A stretch of DNA of 64,000 bases, taken from Octopus sinensis. Its lineage: Eukaryota. Shown here in pieces: positions 25,535 through 37,396 of the stretch (the stretch's first letter is position 1; each line of letters opens with the position of its first letter). The stretch covers positions 1 to 64,000 of the forward strand of contig NW_021835979.1 in NCBI RefSeq assembly GCF_006345805.1, written 5' to 3'. The translations under genes and the position numbers were made by a program. Under the pieces are notes generated by a model. The model ran no database searches, was not told the DNA's origin, and saw only the letters and a program-made list of their open reading frames with translations.

Positions 25535-25742
25535 TTAAAGCCTAGCCAGGCTCATGGGCCCGGTTTCCCGGTTTCAATGGCGTATGTGTTCCCCAGCTGG
25601 ACGGGACGCCAGTCCATCGCAGCGTTACTCATCTTTTCCAGCTGAGTAGACTGGAGCAACGTGAAACGAAGTGTTTTGCTCAAGAACCACAATCTTACGA
25701 TCATAATGCTGACACCCTAACCACTAGGCAACGCGCCCCCCA
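25535..25742 (-). mobile_element. SINE group D head/Meta-like domain with the same V-like 3' module
   Basis: ttcttgagcaaaacacttcgtttcacgttgctccagtc..gagtaacgctgcgatggactggcgtcccgtccagctggg. Confidence 0.85.
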
Positions 25743-25863
25743 AATATTTTGTGTATTGTAGAAATATAGCCAATTAATTGTACATAAATTTTAACAACAA
25801 AATCTTTTATTAGAAAATTACTATTTTTAAAATCGCACAACATGAGATATTCAGCCACAGTAC

Positions 25864-25950
25864 TTTGTAGTAAAGACTGTTTGCCAACATAACATGGCAG
25901 TCCTAAACCAGAACTGCCATGTTATATTGGTAAACAATCTTTACTACAAA
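25864..25950. repeat. Hairpin: 38-bp arms (3 mismatches), 11-nt loop
   Basis: Direct. Confidence 0.9.
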
Positions 25951-25973
25951 ATCTTATATGCCCTCAACCACCA

Positions 25974-26123
25974 AAAATAATAAACAGGGAACACCACTAG
26001 AAAATGCTAAAAGAAGCAGCACATATGCTAGGACACAACAACCTCCTAAGCAGACCGAGTGCAGCTATGAATAGCATATGGGAACCGATATTAAGGAAGA
26101 ATAGGAGAATATTAGATTTATAA
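25974..26123 (+). pseudogene. Probable Penelope-like element ORF C-terminus (end of GIY-YIG region)
   Basis: KIINREHH*KMLKEAAHMLGHNNLLSRPSAAMNSIWEPILRK resembles PLE C-termini as I recall them; followed by a hammerhead motif. Confidence 0.6.
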
Positions 26124-26152
26124 GCCCCAAAATTCACTCCATAATTGCTCAC

Positions 26153-26217
26153 GGGCTTATGGCGTAGAGGTTAAGAGGGCTAATAACCCCAAGATTCCGA
26201 GTTCGATTCCAGGCAGT
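26153..26217 (+). promoter_or_regulatory. tRNA-like Pol III head (A and B boxes) downstream of the PLE-like ORF end
   Basis: A box tggcgtagagg 26160-26170, B box gagttcgattcc 26199-26210. Confidence 0.7.
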
Positions 26218-26275
26218 GAAAATGATGATGATGATAATAATGATAATACTAATAATAATGATAATAATAATAATG

Positions 26276-26336
<61 letters not shown>

Positions 26337-26525
26337 CAACAGCAACATCGAAAAGTACCCAGGTTCGAAATTTAACAACAAATATCCGTTAAATAACGTA
26401 CATAATTCCCCATCTCTTCAATATAGAACTATATAGAATGGGTTCTGACACATAGAAAATAGTAAGCAATTCACGTATGCACACACATGCATACATCCAC
26501 ACACATATTCACATAATTTCCCCGA

Positions 26526-26571
26526 GACACCTGATGAAGGCTGGAGGGTATATCAGCCGAAACGTTGTGTT
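26526..26571 (+). ncRNA. Minimal type I hammerhead (PLE style, palindromic stem III), predicted cleavage after U26566
   Basis: GACAC CUGAUGA A GGCUG-GAGGGUAUAU-CAGCC GAA ACGU U GUGUU. Confidence 0.75.
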
Positions 26572-27059
26572 AACAACAAACAAGATGAGGACAAATATCC
26601 CTCAAATGTAAATAATGTAAATAAGGGACTTCATTGATATAATTGTGTGTGTGTGTGTGTGAATGCTATTACATTTGTTACGATTGTACGTATGTATGTT
26701 TATGCAACTGTATAATCTCCTTGGTGGCTTCACATCTTTATGCGTATCGGTGAGTGTGTGAGTGTGTACTGATGCGTTTGTGAACGACCGTGATGGTGCA
26801 TACGGTATCAGTTCACGTCTTAGTGTATGGTCGTTTGGATACATGTTACTATCGAAAATATGTGCCGAAGGGCATTTATATGTAATTGTCTCAAATGACA
26901 TGTTGGTGTATTGCTACCATTGACGGCATCGGTTGCGAGGCATTTGTATATATATCTCAATTTATGTTGTATGGCTGTGTTTGTATTGGTACATGCCACT
27001 GTTGTAGGCGTGAATCGTCGTGAAAAACGCCGGTATCGATGTCCCTCAAAAGCAAGAAA

Positions 27060-28326
27060 GGACAATAGAAACGCATGGCCAGCGTTCAAGAAATTCTGTG
27101 CAGCAAGCGAGTTGTGAAATAAGAAATATGAATTTCAAAATCAAGCTAACATCGCATTCTGAAGCGCTGACATTCGAGAAATTACATTCCAAGAATATTT
27201 TATACTCACTGTGGAGATGATCTGCACCGGCGATTGCAGTTCTGCGAATGGTATTTGGCAAAATGTGTAGAAGATATACACTTTCCAGCAAAGATTGTTT
27301 GAAGAGATGAGGTTGCATTTAAATTAAATTGCTCAATTAACCGCCACGGTTGCACTTACAATTTCTTGGTAGGTTCAAGAACTTGAAAATCAGCATATTA
27401 CAGGGGGGAAGTCATGTTAAGTATATATAGGAGCACTCCGTCGGTTACGACGACGAGGGTTCCGGTTGATCCGAATCAACGGAACAGCTTGCTCGTGGAA
27501 TTAACGTGCAAGTGGCTGAGCATTCCACAGACACGTGTACCCTTAACATAGTTCTCGAGGAGATTCAGCGTGACACAGAGTGTGACAAGGCTGGCCTTTT
27601 GAAATACAGGTACAACAGAAATAGGAAGAAAGAGTGAGAGAAAGTTGTGGTGAAAGAGTACAGCAGGGTTCACCACCACCCCCTGCAGGAGCCTTGTGAA
27701 GCTTTAGGTGTTTTCGCTCAATAAACACTCACAATGCCCGGTATGGGAATCGAAACCGCGATCCTATGACAGCGAGTCTGCTGCCCTAACCACTGGGCCA
27801 TTGCGCCTCCACCATGTTAAGTATAGGATACAGTATGGTGCAGTCACCAAAAGGATTAATTAGACCATTCGTTTTTCGACGAACTGCGACAGGTTCCATT
27901 TACTTGCCCTTTCTGCATCTACCTGTCATGTTAAGTATTGAAGAGGACTTTGAAGATGTGAAGTTTTATTTCCAGCAAGATGGAATATAAGGGCGGCTTA
28001 TCTTCATAAGATTTTGTCAAAGAGATGAGTTAGTCGAGAGATTCATACGCTGGACCTTACACCACAATACTTTCTCTATGGGAATACTTAAAAGGTAAAG
28101 TTTACGAAGCGGGCAGCAGTCGATGAAATGAGGGTGGACATTGAATGAAAATACGCACATGTACCGAAAGAAATGCCTTTTGATGTTTGCGATTCAATTG
28201 CTTTACGTTATTAGCAGCGTCTGGACCAGAATGGCCATAAATTTGAAGACGTTTTTAAAAACATAAAAATTTTGTCTGCAGATTCTACTAAATTTTCGTG
28301 TATACATTTTTGGGGGACACGATGTA
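27060..28326 (+). mobile_element. Decayed Tc1/mariner-superfamily transposon (maT/rosa-like DDxD group), split by a SINE
   Basis: ISKSS*HRILKR..DDLHRRLQFCEWY..IV*RDEVAFKLN..TVWC..LIRPF..FYFQQDG..DLTP..WEYLKGKVY..QNGHKFE; right TIR-like end tttttgggggacacgatgta; left TIR not found. Confidence 0.85.
27429..27812 (-). mobile_element. SINE group A, full length
   Basis: TSD catgttaagtata (27413-27425 / 27813-27825). Confidence 0.95.
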
Positions 28327-29439
28327 TATGTACAATCATTGATAAACAAAACTTAATATATGCTATTTTATGAAATTCTAATCTATACAAGCATTAGTTT
28401 TCCTTTCAGCTTGTGTGTATATTTACGTGCGTTTTTGTGTTAATCTCTGTGAGTGTGTTTATATACATACACACACATACAGATATATGACTCTATGTGT
28501 GTATGTATTATATTAGATATGCGTGCATGAATGAGTCTGCTTTTACTCTGTGTGATGTATTTTTATATGTGTATGTTTATGTGGATTTAGATAAGGAGAG
28601 TCTTCAGGGTGAAAGAGTTGTATCCACAACACAGGCGCATGCGCGCGCACACACGCATGTATGCACACATGTACATACACATGAACACACATACACACTG
28701 GCAGAAGCATAAACTCCAAAGCCAAACAACAATACAAGGGTGACATAAATTATCATTATAATTATTATTACTATTATTGTTGTTGTTATTATTATTATTA
28801 TTGTCATTGTTATTATTGTTATTGTATGCCAAATCTCAATAAATATATAAGGCGGAGAGATAATCAAATTGTTAGCGGGGTTGTCATATCGTAAGTTACA
28901 TCTTGTTGTGAAGATATCAATCTATTGGCGTTAAATGGTAAAAATTCTGACATGGGAACCGTTTTCCTTTTGAGACAATTGTTCATAATGCCGATTATAG
29001 CATCACTGTTTGTTATCAGTTGTTTTGAAACGTGCCGGGTGGGTTAACAGGAGAAGTAAATTCGGGTAGATTGAAATAGATGCAGTGGATGATAGGAAGA
29101 ATGCTGGTAAACAACACGGAAGATTAGAGTACGAAAATGAACGGTAAATATTCTACTTTACACCATGTCGCTTAGGCTTCACTTCAAGCCAACATATATA
29201 CACACAGATAGGAAGGTAAATGGATAGATAGATAAACAGACGACAGATAAATTAATAGATAGCTAGCTAGATAGATAGATACATATATAATCATACATAC
29301 ACACGTACAGGAAAGCCTAAATGCGTACATACATTACGCATGTAAATGCAGGCATGAAGATTGCTTCATTCTTGTCAGATGGGAGCTGTTTCATTAATCA
29401 TTGCCCAGCCAGTCGTGGCCTTTTGTGAGATACAAAATA

Positions 29440-29476
29440 AACAAGATGAAGTGATGAGACATCACTTCATCTTGTT
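29440..29476. repeat. Perfect 17-bp inverted repeat with 3-nt loop
   Basis: aacaagatgaagtgatg aga catcacttcatcttgtt. Confidence 0.95.
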
Positions 29477-29706
29477 GATGAAGGATTATGGTGGCATACG
29501 CTTGTAGGATACGTACGGACTCTCTCGGTAGCCATTGTTAAATATCCAATGACAAACAAAAGCAAGAGGATCAGAAATTATTTCACTGACGGGTTTTATA
29601 TCAAAATGCATACGTGTGTGTGTCTGTTTGTGTGTGTGTGTGTGTGTTGTGTGTGTTGTTGTACGTATCTCATGCTGACATTCTCTCTCTCTCTCTCTCA
29701 TGCTCA

Positions 29707-29747
<41 letters not shown>

Positions 29748-29750
<3 letters not shown>

Positions 29751-30178
29751 ATCTTTTACTTGTTTCAGTCATTGACTGCGGACTGCGGCCATGTGGAAGC
29801 ACCGCCTTTATCGAGCAACTCGACCACAGAACTTATTCTTTTGTAAGCCCAGTACTTATTCTATCGGTCTCTTGCCGAACCGCTAAGTGACGGGGACATA
29901 AACACACCAGCATCGGTTGTCAAGCAATGCTATGGGGACAGACACAGACACACAAACACACCACGCATACATACATATATATATATATATAATATATATA
30001 TATATATATAATATATACGACGGGCTCTCTTCAGGTTCCGTCTACCAATCCACTCACAAGCTTTGGTCAGCTCGAGGCTATTGTAGAAGACACTTGCCCA
30101 AGGTGCCACGCAATGGGACTGAACCCGGAACCATGTGGTTGGTAGACAGGCTACTTACTACACAGCCACTCCTGCGCC
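29748..30178 (-). mobile_element. SINE group B, full length
   Basis: Head cagccactcctgcgcc, internal TA/CA tract, tail. Confidence 0.9.
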
Positions 30179-30223
<45 letters not shown>

Positions 30224-30709
30224 CGTACATATATAAAACAATCTGGAATTTTGTATCAGATTACTATGATATCATACATGTGTATGCGCGCGCGCGCGCG
30301 TGTGTGTGTATACGAATTTGAATATTCTCACGAACAGACTCACATGGGTTCGTCCTTGAAATCGTGTTATAAATGAGCTGCTTTATAAAAGTTAGTTTCC
30401 ATATCAGTGATATCAGGTATTATAAACATTAACTCGAGACAGGAAAAGCACCATGCCCTCTACGTGTACTAGGACGTCATCGATTACACCATGAAATACC
30501 AACAATCTACGTTTCGCCTGTGTAAACTTTTTTCACTTACGGGTTCCATCCATCTCCTTTCTTTTGCTTCAGTGGCTTGTCGTAAGATCAGGCTATCATA
30601 GCTTGTACTAAGGGAGCTCTCGCTGACAAGCATTTTATCAACTCTAGTGAGACGCTGGATTCAGTTATGTTTTCTATACTTTTCCATCACGTACTTACTG
30701 TTATCGCCT

Positions 30710-31094
30710 GTGGAGGCGCAATGGCCCAGTGGTTAGGGCAGCGGACTCGCGGTCATGGGATCGCGGTTTCGATTCCCAGACCGGGCGTTGTGAGTGTTTA
30801 TTGAGCGAAAACACCTAAAAGCTCCACGACGCTCTGGCAGGGGTTGGTGGTGATCTCTGCTGTACTCTTTCACCACAACTTTCTCTCACTCTTACTTCCT
30901 GTTTCCGTTGTACCTGTATTTCAAGGGGCCGGCCTTGTCACTCTCTGTGTCACGCTGAATATCCCCGAGAACTACGTTAATGGTGCACGTGTCTGTGGAG
31001 TGCTCAGCCACTTACGCGTTAATATCACGAGCAGGCTGTTCCGTTGATTCGGATCAACCGGAACCCTCGTCGTCGTAATCGACGGAGTGCTTCC
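30710..31094 (+). mobile_element. SINE group A, full length
   Basis: TSD tactgttatc(g/t)cc. Confidence 0.95.
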
Positions 31095-31407
31095 CTCTAC
31101 TGTTATCTCCCATAACACCCACTCAACTCTTACGCAGGTAATACCAACCTTTATTCCTCCCCTATTTTTCCATCCCTAAGTGTCTTTCATACGAAGACTT
31201 GACATCTTACGTCAAATCTACACGGACTTCATGAACAAAGACCTTAAGAACATCTTTCAATGCGATCATGCAAATTTTGTCTCCTTCAACAGCCTAGAAG
31301 GGAAGATAATCGTTTTACATATCAAGAAAAATCACACTTCATCTCATTTAGACATAAGCAATACTGAACCAGGACTTACGGGTAAGCTTCAAATGTCATG
31401 CCTCAAT

Positions 31408-31642
31408 ATCTATTTCTTTATTACCCACAAGGGGCTAAACATAGAGGGGACAAACAAGGACAGACATAGGTATTAAGCCGATTACATCGACCCCAGTGCG
31501 TAACTGGTACTTATTTAATCGACCTCGAAAGGATGAAAGGCAAAGTCAACCTCGGCGGAATTTGAACTAAGAACGTAACGCAGACGAAATACCGTTAAGC
31601 ATTTCGCCCGGCGTGCTAACGTTTCTGCCAGCTCTCCGCCTT
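31408..31642 (-). mobile_element. SINE group C monomer
   Basis: Full head and tail X. Confidence 0.9.
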
Positions 31643-31954
31643 TATCACTGAGGGTCTATCTGGATGAACGCACAATCTCAACATAGTAAAGATTGCTCTT
31701 CAAACGTTAATCTTACTTTACAGGACACATTAACAACAAACTTTCCACAAACCGCAAGTGAATCCCACAATTGAGTACTATTTCCACATCTGGGATGTTA
31801 CTGTTGCTATCCACACTGACATCCTAGGTGGACGTTTTGAGGAAAACTGCTCGACTGATAGGTTAGGAGTCACTCACAAATACACTCCACCTTCTACTTC
31901 ACAAACATGTTCTAGCTTCGTTTGGCCTTTTCTATCGCTGCTATAATCAGTGCA

Positions 31955-32340
31955 GTGGAGGCGCAATGGCCCAGTGGTTAGGGCAGCGAACTCGCGGTCA
32001 TAGGATCGCGGTTTCGATTCCCAGACCGGGCGTTGTGAGTGTTTATTGAGCGAAAACACCTAAAAGCTCCACGAGGCTCCGGCAGGGGATGGTGGTGATC
32101 CCTGCTGTACTCTTTCACCACAACTTTCTCTCACTCTTTCTTCCTGTTTCTGTTGTACATGTATTTCAAAGGGCCGGCCTTGTCACACTGTGTGTCACGC
32201 TGAATATCCCCGAGAACTACGTTAAGGGTACACGTGTCTGTGGAGTGCTCAGCCACTTACACGTTAATTTCACGAGCAAGCTGTTCCGTTGATTCGGATC
32301 AACCGGAACCCTCGTCGTCGTAACCGACGGAGTGCTTCCA
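31955..32340 (+). mobile_element. SINE group A, full length
   Basis: TSD ataatcagtgc. Confidence 0.95.
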
Positions 32341-32984
32341 TAATCAGTGCTGTTCTTCGGAGCTGGCTGGCCTCGTGCAACTTCCACTCAGGCATTCTTG
32401 ACCTCACTCACCTTTTCTCTCAAAACTATTGTGCCCAACCTCAAAGGCTCCGAATTAATCATTACATTTCGACTTTTCTTCTCAAAGCTTTGAACCCTCT
32501 GAAATTGCACTCCCGCCCCATCATATGTATTTTGTTATGGTTGTCGATTTTCGACTTACAGCAGTTTAAGAGGGACGTTAAATTGATTGAATGTCATCCT
32601 TCTCGGAGGATCTGCGAACGCTAAATCAATGGCTTCAAATTTCAGCACAAAGCCAGCAATTTGAAAGAAGTGAGCTGGTTACATGAACAAGCATGTGCAA
32701 CAGATAGTTATTTTATAGACATCGGAAGGATGGTAGTTAGAGTCGACCTCGGCGGATTTTACTCTCAGAACGTAAAGAGCCGGAAGAAACGTCGCCAAGT
32801 ATTTTGTTTGCCATACTAACGATTCTGCCTGCACGGCGCCTTCCCAGACTAAATTAATAAAAACAAAATTAAGTTATGAACATTTTATTACAATAAACTA
32901 AAACTACTTCCACAAATATATTTTGTTTTGCAGATTTTTCTTTCTCTCGGTTCCAGTATGTAGTTATTCGACTACTGTATAATA

Positions 32985-33215
32985 TAACGGGAAGCTTTAT
33001 GAAAATAGACAAAAACGAAGGCAGGTTTACGGAAATAAACAAAAGAACGAAGGCAGGTGGAAAACAAACAAACAATTGTATTAGTATGGCGCTCAGGAAA
33101 TATAAATAAAACAAGTCTTAACGTTTCGAGCCTACGCTCTTCAACAGAAAGATACACAGAGAGAAAAACAGAAAGAAGAGAAAAAAAATGCGTGCAGAGG
33201 CTAGCGAATCAATTA
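32985..33215 (-). mobile_element. Small hammerhead-like-bearing repeat (family shared with 50469-50665)
   Basis: Shared acgtttcgagcctacgctctt and flanks. Confidence 0.7.
33115..33152 (-). ncRNA. Hammerhead-like motif with variant core CUGUUGA
   Basis: UCUUU CUGUUGA A GAGC-GUAG-GCUC GAA ACGU U AAGAC. Confidence 0.5.
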
Positions 33216-33470
33216 AAGTTTGAAATAGAAGCTTAAAAAACAATATAAATGGAGGCATATATGAAGTTCGGTTACGTGAAAAGACCCGGTGCTCTTTTCC
33301 CGCACAGAGCATTGACACAGCGTAAATGAAAAACATTTTGTATGCCTAGTTATGATTATATTCTTATTTAAATTTGATCATAACTTTGTATTTTACATAT
33401 CACATAAAAACACATCCATATGCGCGTATATATATATATGAATAAATATGTGTGTGCATGTATGCATAAT

Positions 33471-33806
33471 GAAGGCGCATGGCTCAGTGGTTAGAGCGTC
33501 GGGTTTACGATCATGAGGTTGTGAGTTCGAATCACGGACCGGGCTGCGTGTTGTGTTCTTGAGCAAGATACTTTATTTCACGTTGCTCCAGTTCACTCAG
33601 CTGTAGAAATGAGTTGCGATGGCACAGGTGCCAAGCTGTATCGGCCCCTTTGCCTCTCCCTTGGATAACACTGGTGGCGTGGAGAAGGGAGACCGGTATG
33701 CATGGGCAACTGCTGGTCTTCTATAAACAAACTTGCCCGGACTTGTGCTTCGGAGGGTAACTTTCTAGGTGCAATCCCACGGTCAGTCATGACCGAAAGA
33801 AGTCTC
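33471..33806 (+). mobile_element. SINE group D (Meta-like domain), full length
   Basis: A box tggctcagtgg, B box gagttcgaatc, gttgtgttcttgagcaagatacttt; imperfect TSD gcatg(t/c)atgcata. Confidence 0.9.
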
Positions 33807-33862
33807 AGCATGCATGCATATATATATATACATGTATTTGTATATCGTTATACTTCAGACAT

Positions 33863-34228
33863 GGATGGAAGCACTCCGTCGGTTCCGACGACGAGGGTTC
33901 CGGTTGATCCGAATCAACGGAACAGCCTGCTCGTGAAATTAATGTGTAAGTGGCTGAGCACTCCACCCTTAACGTAGTTCTCGGGGATATTCAGCGTGTG
34001 ACAAGGCCGGCTCTTTGAAATACAGGTACAACAGAAACAATAAGTAAGAATGAGAGAAAGTTGTGGTGAAAGAGTACAGCAGGGATCACCACCATCCCCT
34101 GCCGGAGACTCGTGGAGTTTTAGGTGTTTTCGCTCAATAAACACTTACAACGCCCGGTCTGGGAATCGAAACCGCGATCCTATGACCGCGAGTCCGCTGC
34201 CCTAACCACTGGGCCATTGCGCCTCCAC
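33863..34228 (-). mobile_element. SINE group A
   Basis: TSD acttcagacat. Confidence 0.95.
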
Positions 34229-34364
34229 ACTTCAGACATACATATGCATACATATACATTCATGCATACATACATTTAGAGTTGTGTGCATATATGCCTG
34301 TCTGTAAATACATACATACATATAAACATAGATACATACATATGGATAATATTTATTTTTTATT

Positions 34365-34890
34365 TTTAACTTGTTTCAGGCATTAGACAGCGGCCATGCT
34401 GGGGCACCGCCTTTAAGAATTTCAGTCGGACTAATCGACCTCGGTACTTACTTTTTTAAAGCGTGATACTAATTCTATCGTTCACTTTTGCCGTGGCTGT
34501 GTAGTAAGTAGATTGCTTACCAACCACATGGTTCCGGGTTCAGTCCCACTGTGCGGCACCTTGGGCAAGTGTCTTCTACTATAGCCCCGGGCCGACCAAA
34601 GCCTTGTGAGTGGATTTGGTAGACGGAAACTGAAAGAAGCCCGTCGTATATATGTATATATATATATGCGTTTGTGTGTCTGTGTTTGTCCCCCTCGCAT
34701 TGCTTGACAACCGATACTGGTGTGTTTATGTCCCCGTTACTTGGCGGTTCGGCAAAAGAGACCGATAGAATAAGTACTACTGGCTTACAAAGAAAAGTCC
34801 CAGGTCGAGTTGCTCGATTAAAGGCGGTGCTCCAGCATGGCCGCAGTCAAATGACTGAAACATGTAAAAGAGTAAAAGAGTAAAAGAAAA
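34365..34890. mobile_element. Two SINE group B pieces back to back (minus 3' fragment, plus near-full copy)
   Basis: Homology to B consensus in the window. Confidence 0.85.
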
Positions 34891-36033
34891 GAGTATATGC
34901 ATACTGCCATTGCCGAGCTATAATGCTTATGTATATTTTTCTACATGTACTCGCATGCATTTATGAATATAAATTTGCAATTGTGCGAATAGTGAACACA
35001 CTCATCTTACGGAAAGCTCATACAGGCCCTGCACAAACCGTTCCATTTCGACCTTTTCCACTCACTCACATACATATACACACACAATCACATGCTTATA
35101 GTGATGCATATGTGTGTCTTTATGAATATGTGTACGTACAATTTCTTTTCTCTTTTCATGTGGAGTGTCTGTGTGTATATGTATGCATTTATATGTATAT
35201 ATATATATATATATGTGAGTGTGTGTGTGTGTGTATGTGTGTGTGTGCGTGTCTGCATGTGTGAATGCATGTATGTATTCACATCAAGTCCAGTTAGTAT
35301 ATATAGATGCGGGCAGATGTTGAAATGTATTAATTCCCCTTCCACAGACACCCATTCAGGCCCAATACTTTATCTCACCCACTCCTTACATCATCATCTA
35401 CCCTTTAACCACTTATCATTTACTATCTATCAATATCTGACGCCCTTATCAATCAAACATTTATATGACAGACTCCTTCTACAATTGGAGTCGAGCGATG
35501 GCGGTTAGGCAAATCAAGGGAGATAATCTCTTTGCGTTGTCGGTCGTCTGCTTTTTACAAATTGTGCCATCAGTCCAATATTTATCTTTCGTTCATCTTG
35601 GTAAAATCAGTCATTCGATGGTGTAATCTCTCCCCACCTCTCTCACCATATATAAATAACCAACCCCTCTCTGTTTGTCTCTCCTCTCTCTCGGTCTCTC
35701 TTTCTCCCTGTATCTCTTTCCCTAGTGTTATCGTCCAATCTTTGTGTATCACACCCTGTCGCAAATGTTTTTTTTCATGTAACTGGAAAATGTTTGTTGA
35801 GTTTGACTAGATATTGGTGACGTTAATCATCAATAAGTATGCTTACACGTGATGATGATGAAGATATTGATGATGATAATGAAGATGATGATGATGATAA
35901 TGATGTGTGTATGTGTGTGTGCATGCGTGTCCATATGAACTATGTGTGTGAGTAAATATATTATATGTGTGTGTAAATATATATGTATCTGGTATGTATA
36001 TCTATGTATATACTACATACATACACACATACA

Positions 36034-36069
<36 letters not shown>

Positions 36070-36211
36070 TATATAATATAATATATATATATATGATATA
36101 ATACATACACATACATATAATCAATCGAATAAAGAACGTTAAAAATAATAACAAAAAATAAGAGGACGCCCACATGGAATATATTAGTTTGACGCTCAGT
36201 AAAAAGAGAGA

Positions 36212-36247
36212 GTTTCCGACATTTCGAGCCTAGTTCTTCATCGGAGA
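36212..36247 (-). ncRNA. Decayed hammerhead-like motif (CCGAUGA)
   Basis: UCU CCGAUGA A GAAC-UAG-GCUC GAA AUGU C GGA; same stem II style as 33115/50558. Confidence 0.4.
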
Positions 36248-36410
36248 GGAAAAAGGGAAAAGGGGTTCGCACACACGGACCCTCTACGTCATTCTGATTG
36301 ATTTAGAGTACCTGATTGATGGGTTTTTGGATTACGTTAGCTTTAAATGCCTTCTGAGTACGTCCGTTTCTTCTACACCTTTGATTATACTACATCCATA
36401 CATACATACA

Positions 36411-36444
<34 letters not shown>

Positions 36445-36447
36445 AAG

Positions 36448-36483
<36 letters not shown>

Positions 36484-36493
36484 TATATATATA

Positions 36494-37322
36494 TAACTTA
36501 GATAAAACTTAGATATGTTTCGACAAAAGATTGGTCCAGGCCATGTCTAACTTAATAGCACCACTTAATAGGATTAAGTCAAGTTTTGTTTATGGTCCAT
36601 TCACGTAGTGAGTTTTTGTTGGGTGAGTTGTATCCAATTATGGGTGGCTTATCTGGTATTCTTTGAAGGAATCTATCCAGACTCCCTTTAAAGTTGATGG
36701 GATCCTTTTCCTCTTTGATCTCTTTCGGGACAATGTTAAATAGGACAGGGCCTGTTGAGGAAAAGAAATTATGTTGCAGTATACATGTATGCTGTGATCT
36801 CGAATTGGGCAGGGGACGTATGGCCCGTGGTCCCAGTCTTGGATGAACCTTGAAGCTAATGTTCAGGTCGTTTGGGCAAAGTTGGCGGTATATTCTCCAC
36901 ATCGTACAAATAATGTACTGCTCGCGACGACGCTGGAGAGAGTAGAGCTTCAAGGCTTTAAGGCGATCCCAATAATCGGGAGCAGCCATGCCTTCAATTC
37001 GTTTAGTGAGTGCCTTCTGGGGTGATTCAATCCTCGAGATGTTTTGTCTTGTATGGGGAGACCACAATGGGTAGCAGTATTCGAGGTGTGGCGTACAAAG
37101 AAGAAAAGTGGTCCAGAGAACAAAATGCAACTGAACGAGGGAAAATTTGAGCTGATGCATTTTGGAAGGAATTCCTCACTAAAACAGCCATACTCTCTTC
37201 CTTCAGGGGAACCGCTCACAGCCTCTAACAATATCAGAGACCTGATTTTGTTCTCTGGACCGAAAAGTTCTTAAGATCCAGGAACTTATCCTACGAGCTA
37301 TATCGACCTTCTTGTTGATATA
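36494..37322 (-). mobile_element. CR1-like LINE 3' end with internal inversion
   Basis: PHLEYC..WSPH..LYSLQRRR..FLQRIPDKP; tail atctaagtt x2; plus-strand MQLNEGKFELMHFG..NNIRDL block 37110-37261. Confidence 0.9.
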
Positions 37323-37335
37323 TATACATATATAT

Positions 37336-37396
<61 letters not shown>

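Larger units (their letters stand above)
30560..32600 (+). mobile_element. Old CR1-like LINE 3' half with three SINE insertions
   Basis: RT remnant LNSYAGNTNL (YADD position, about 31131); QVNPTIEYYFHIWD; LAFFYRCY..CSSELAGLV; LQQFKRDV. Confidence 0.7.
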
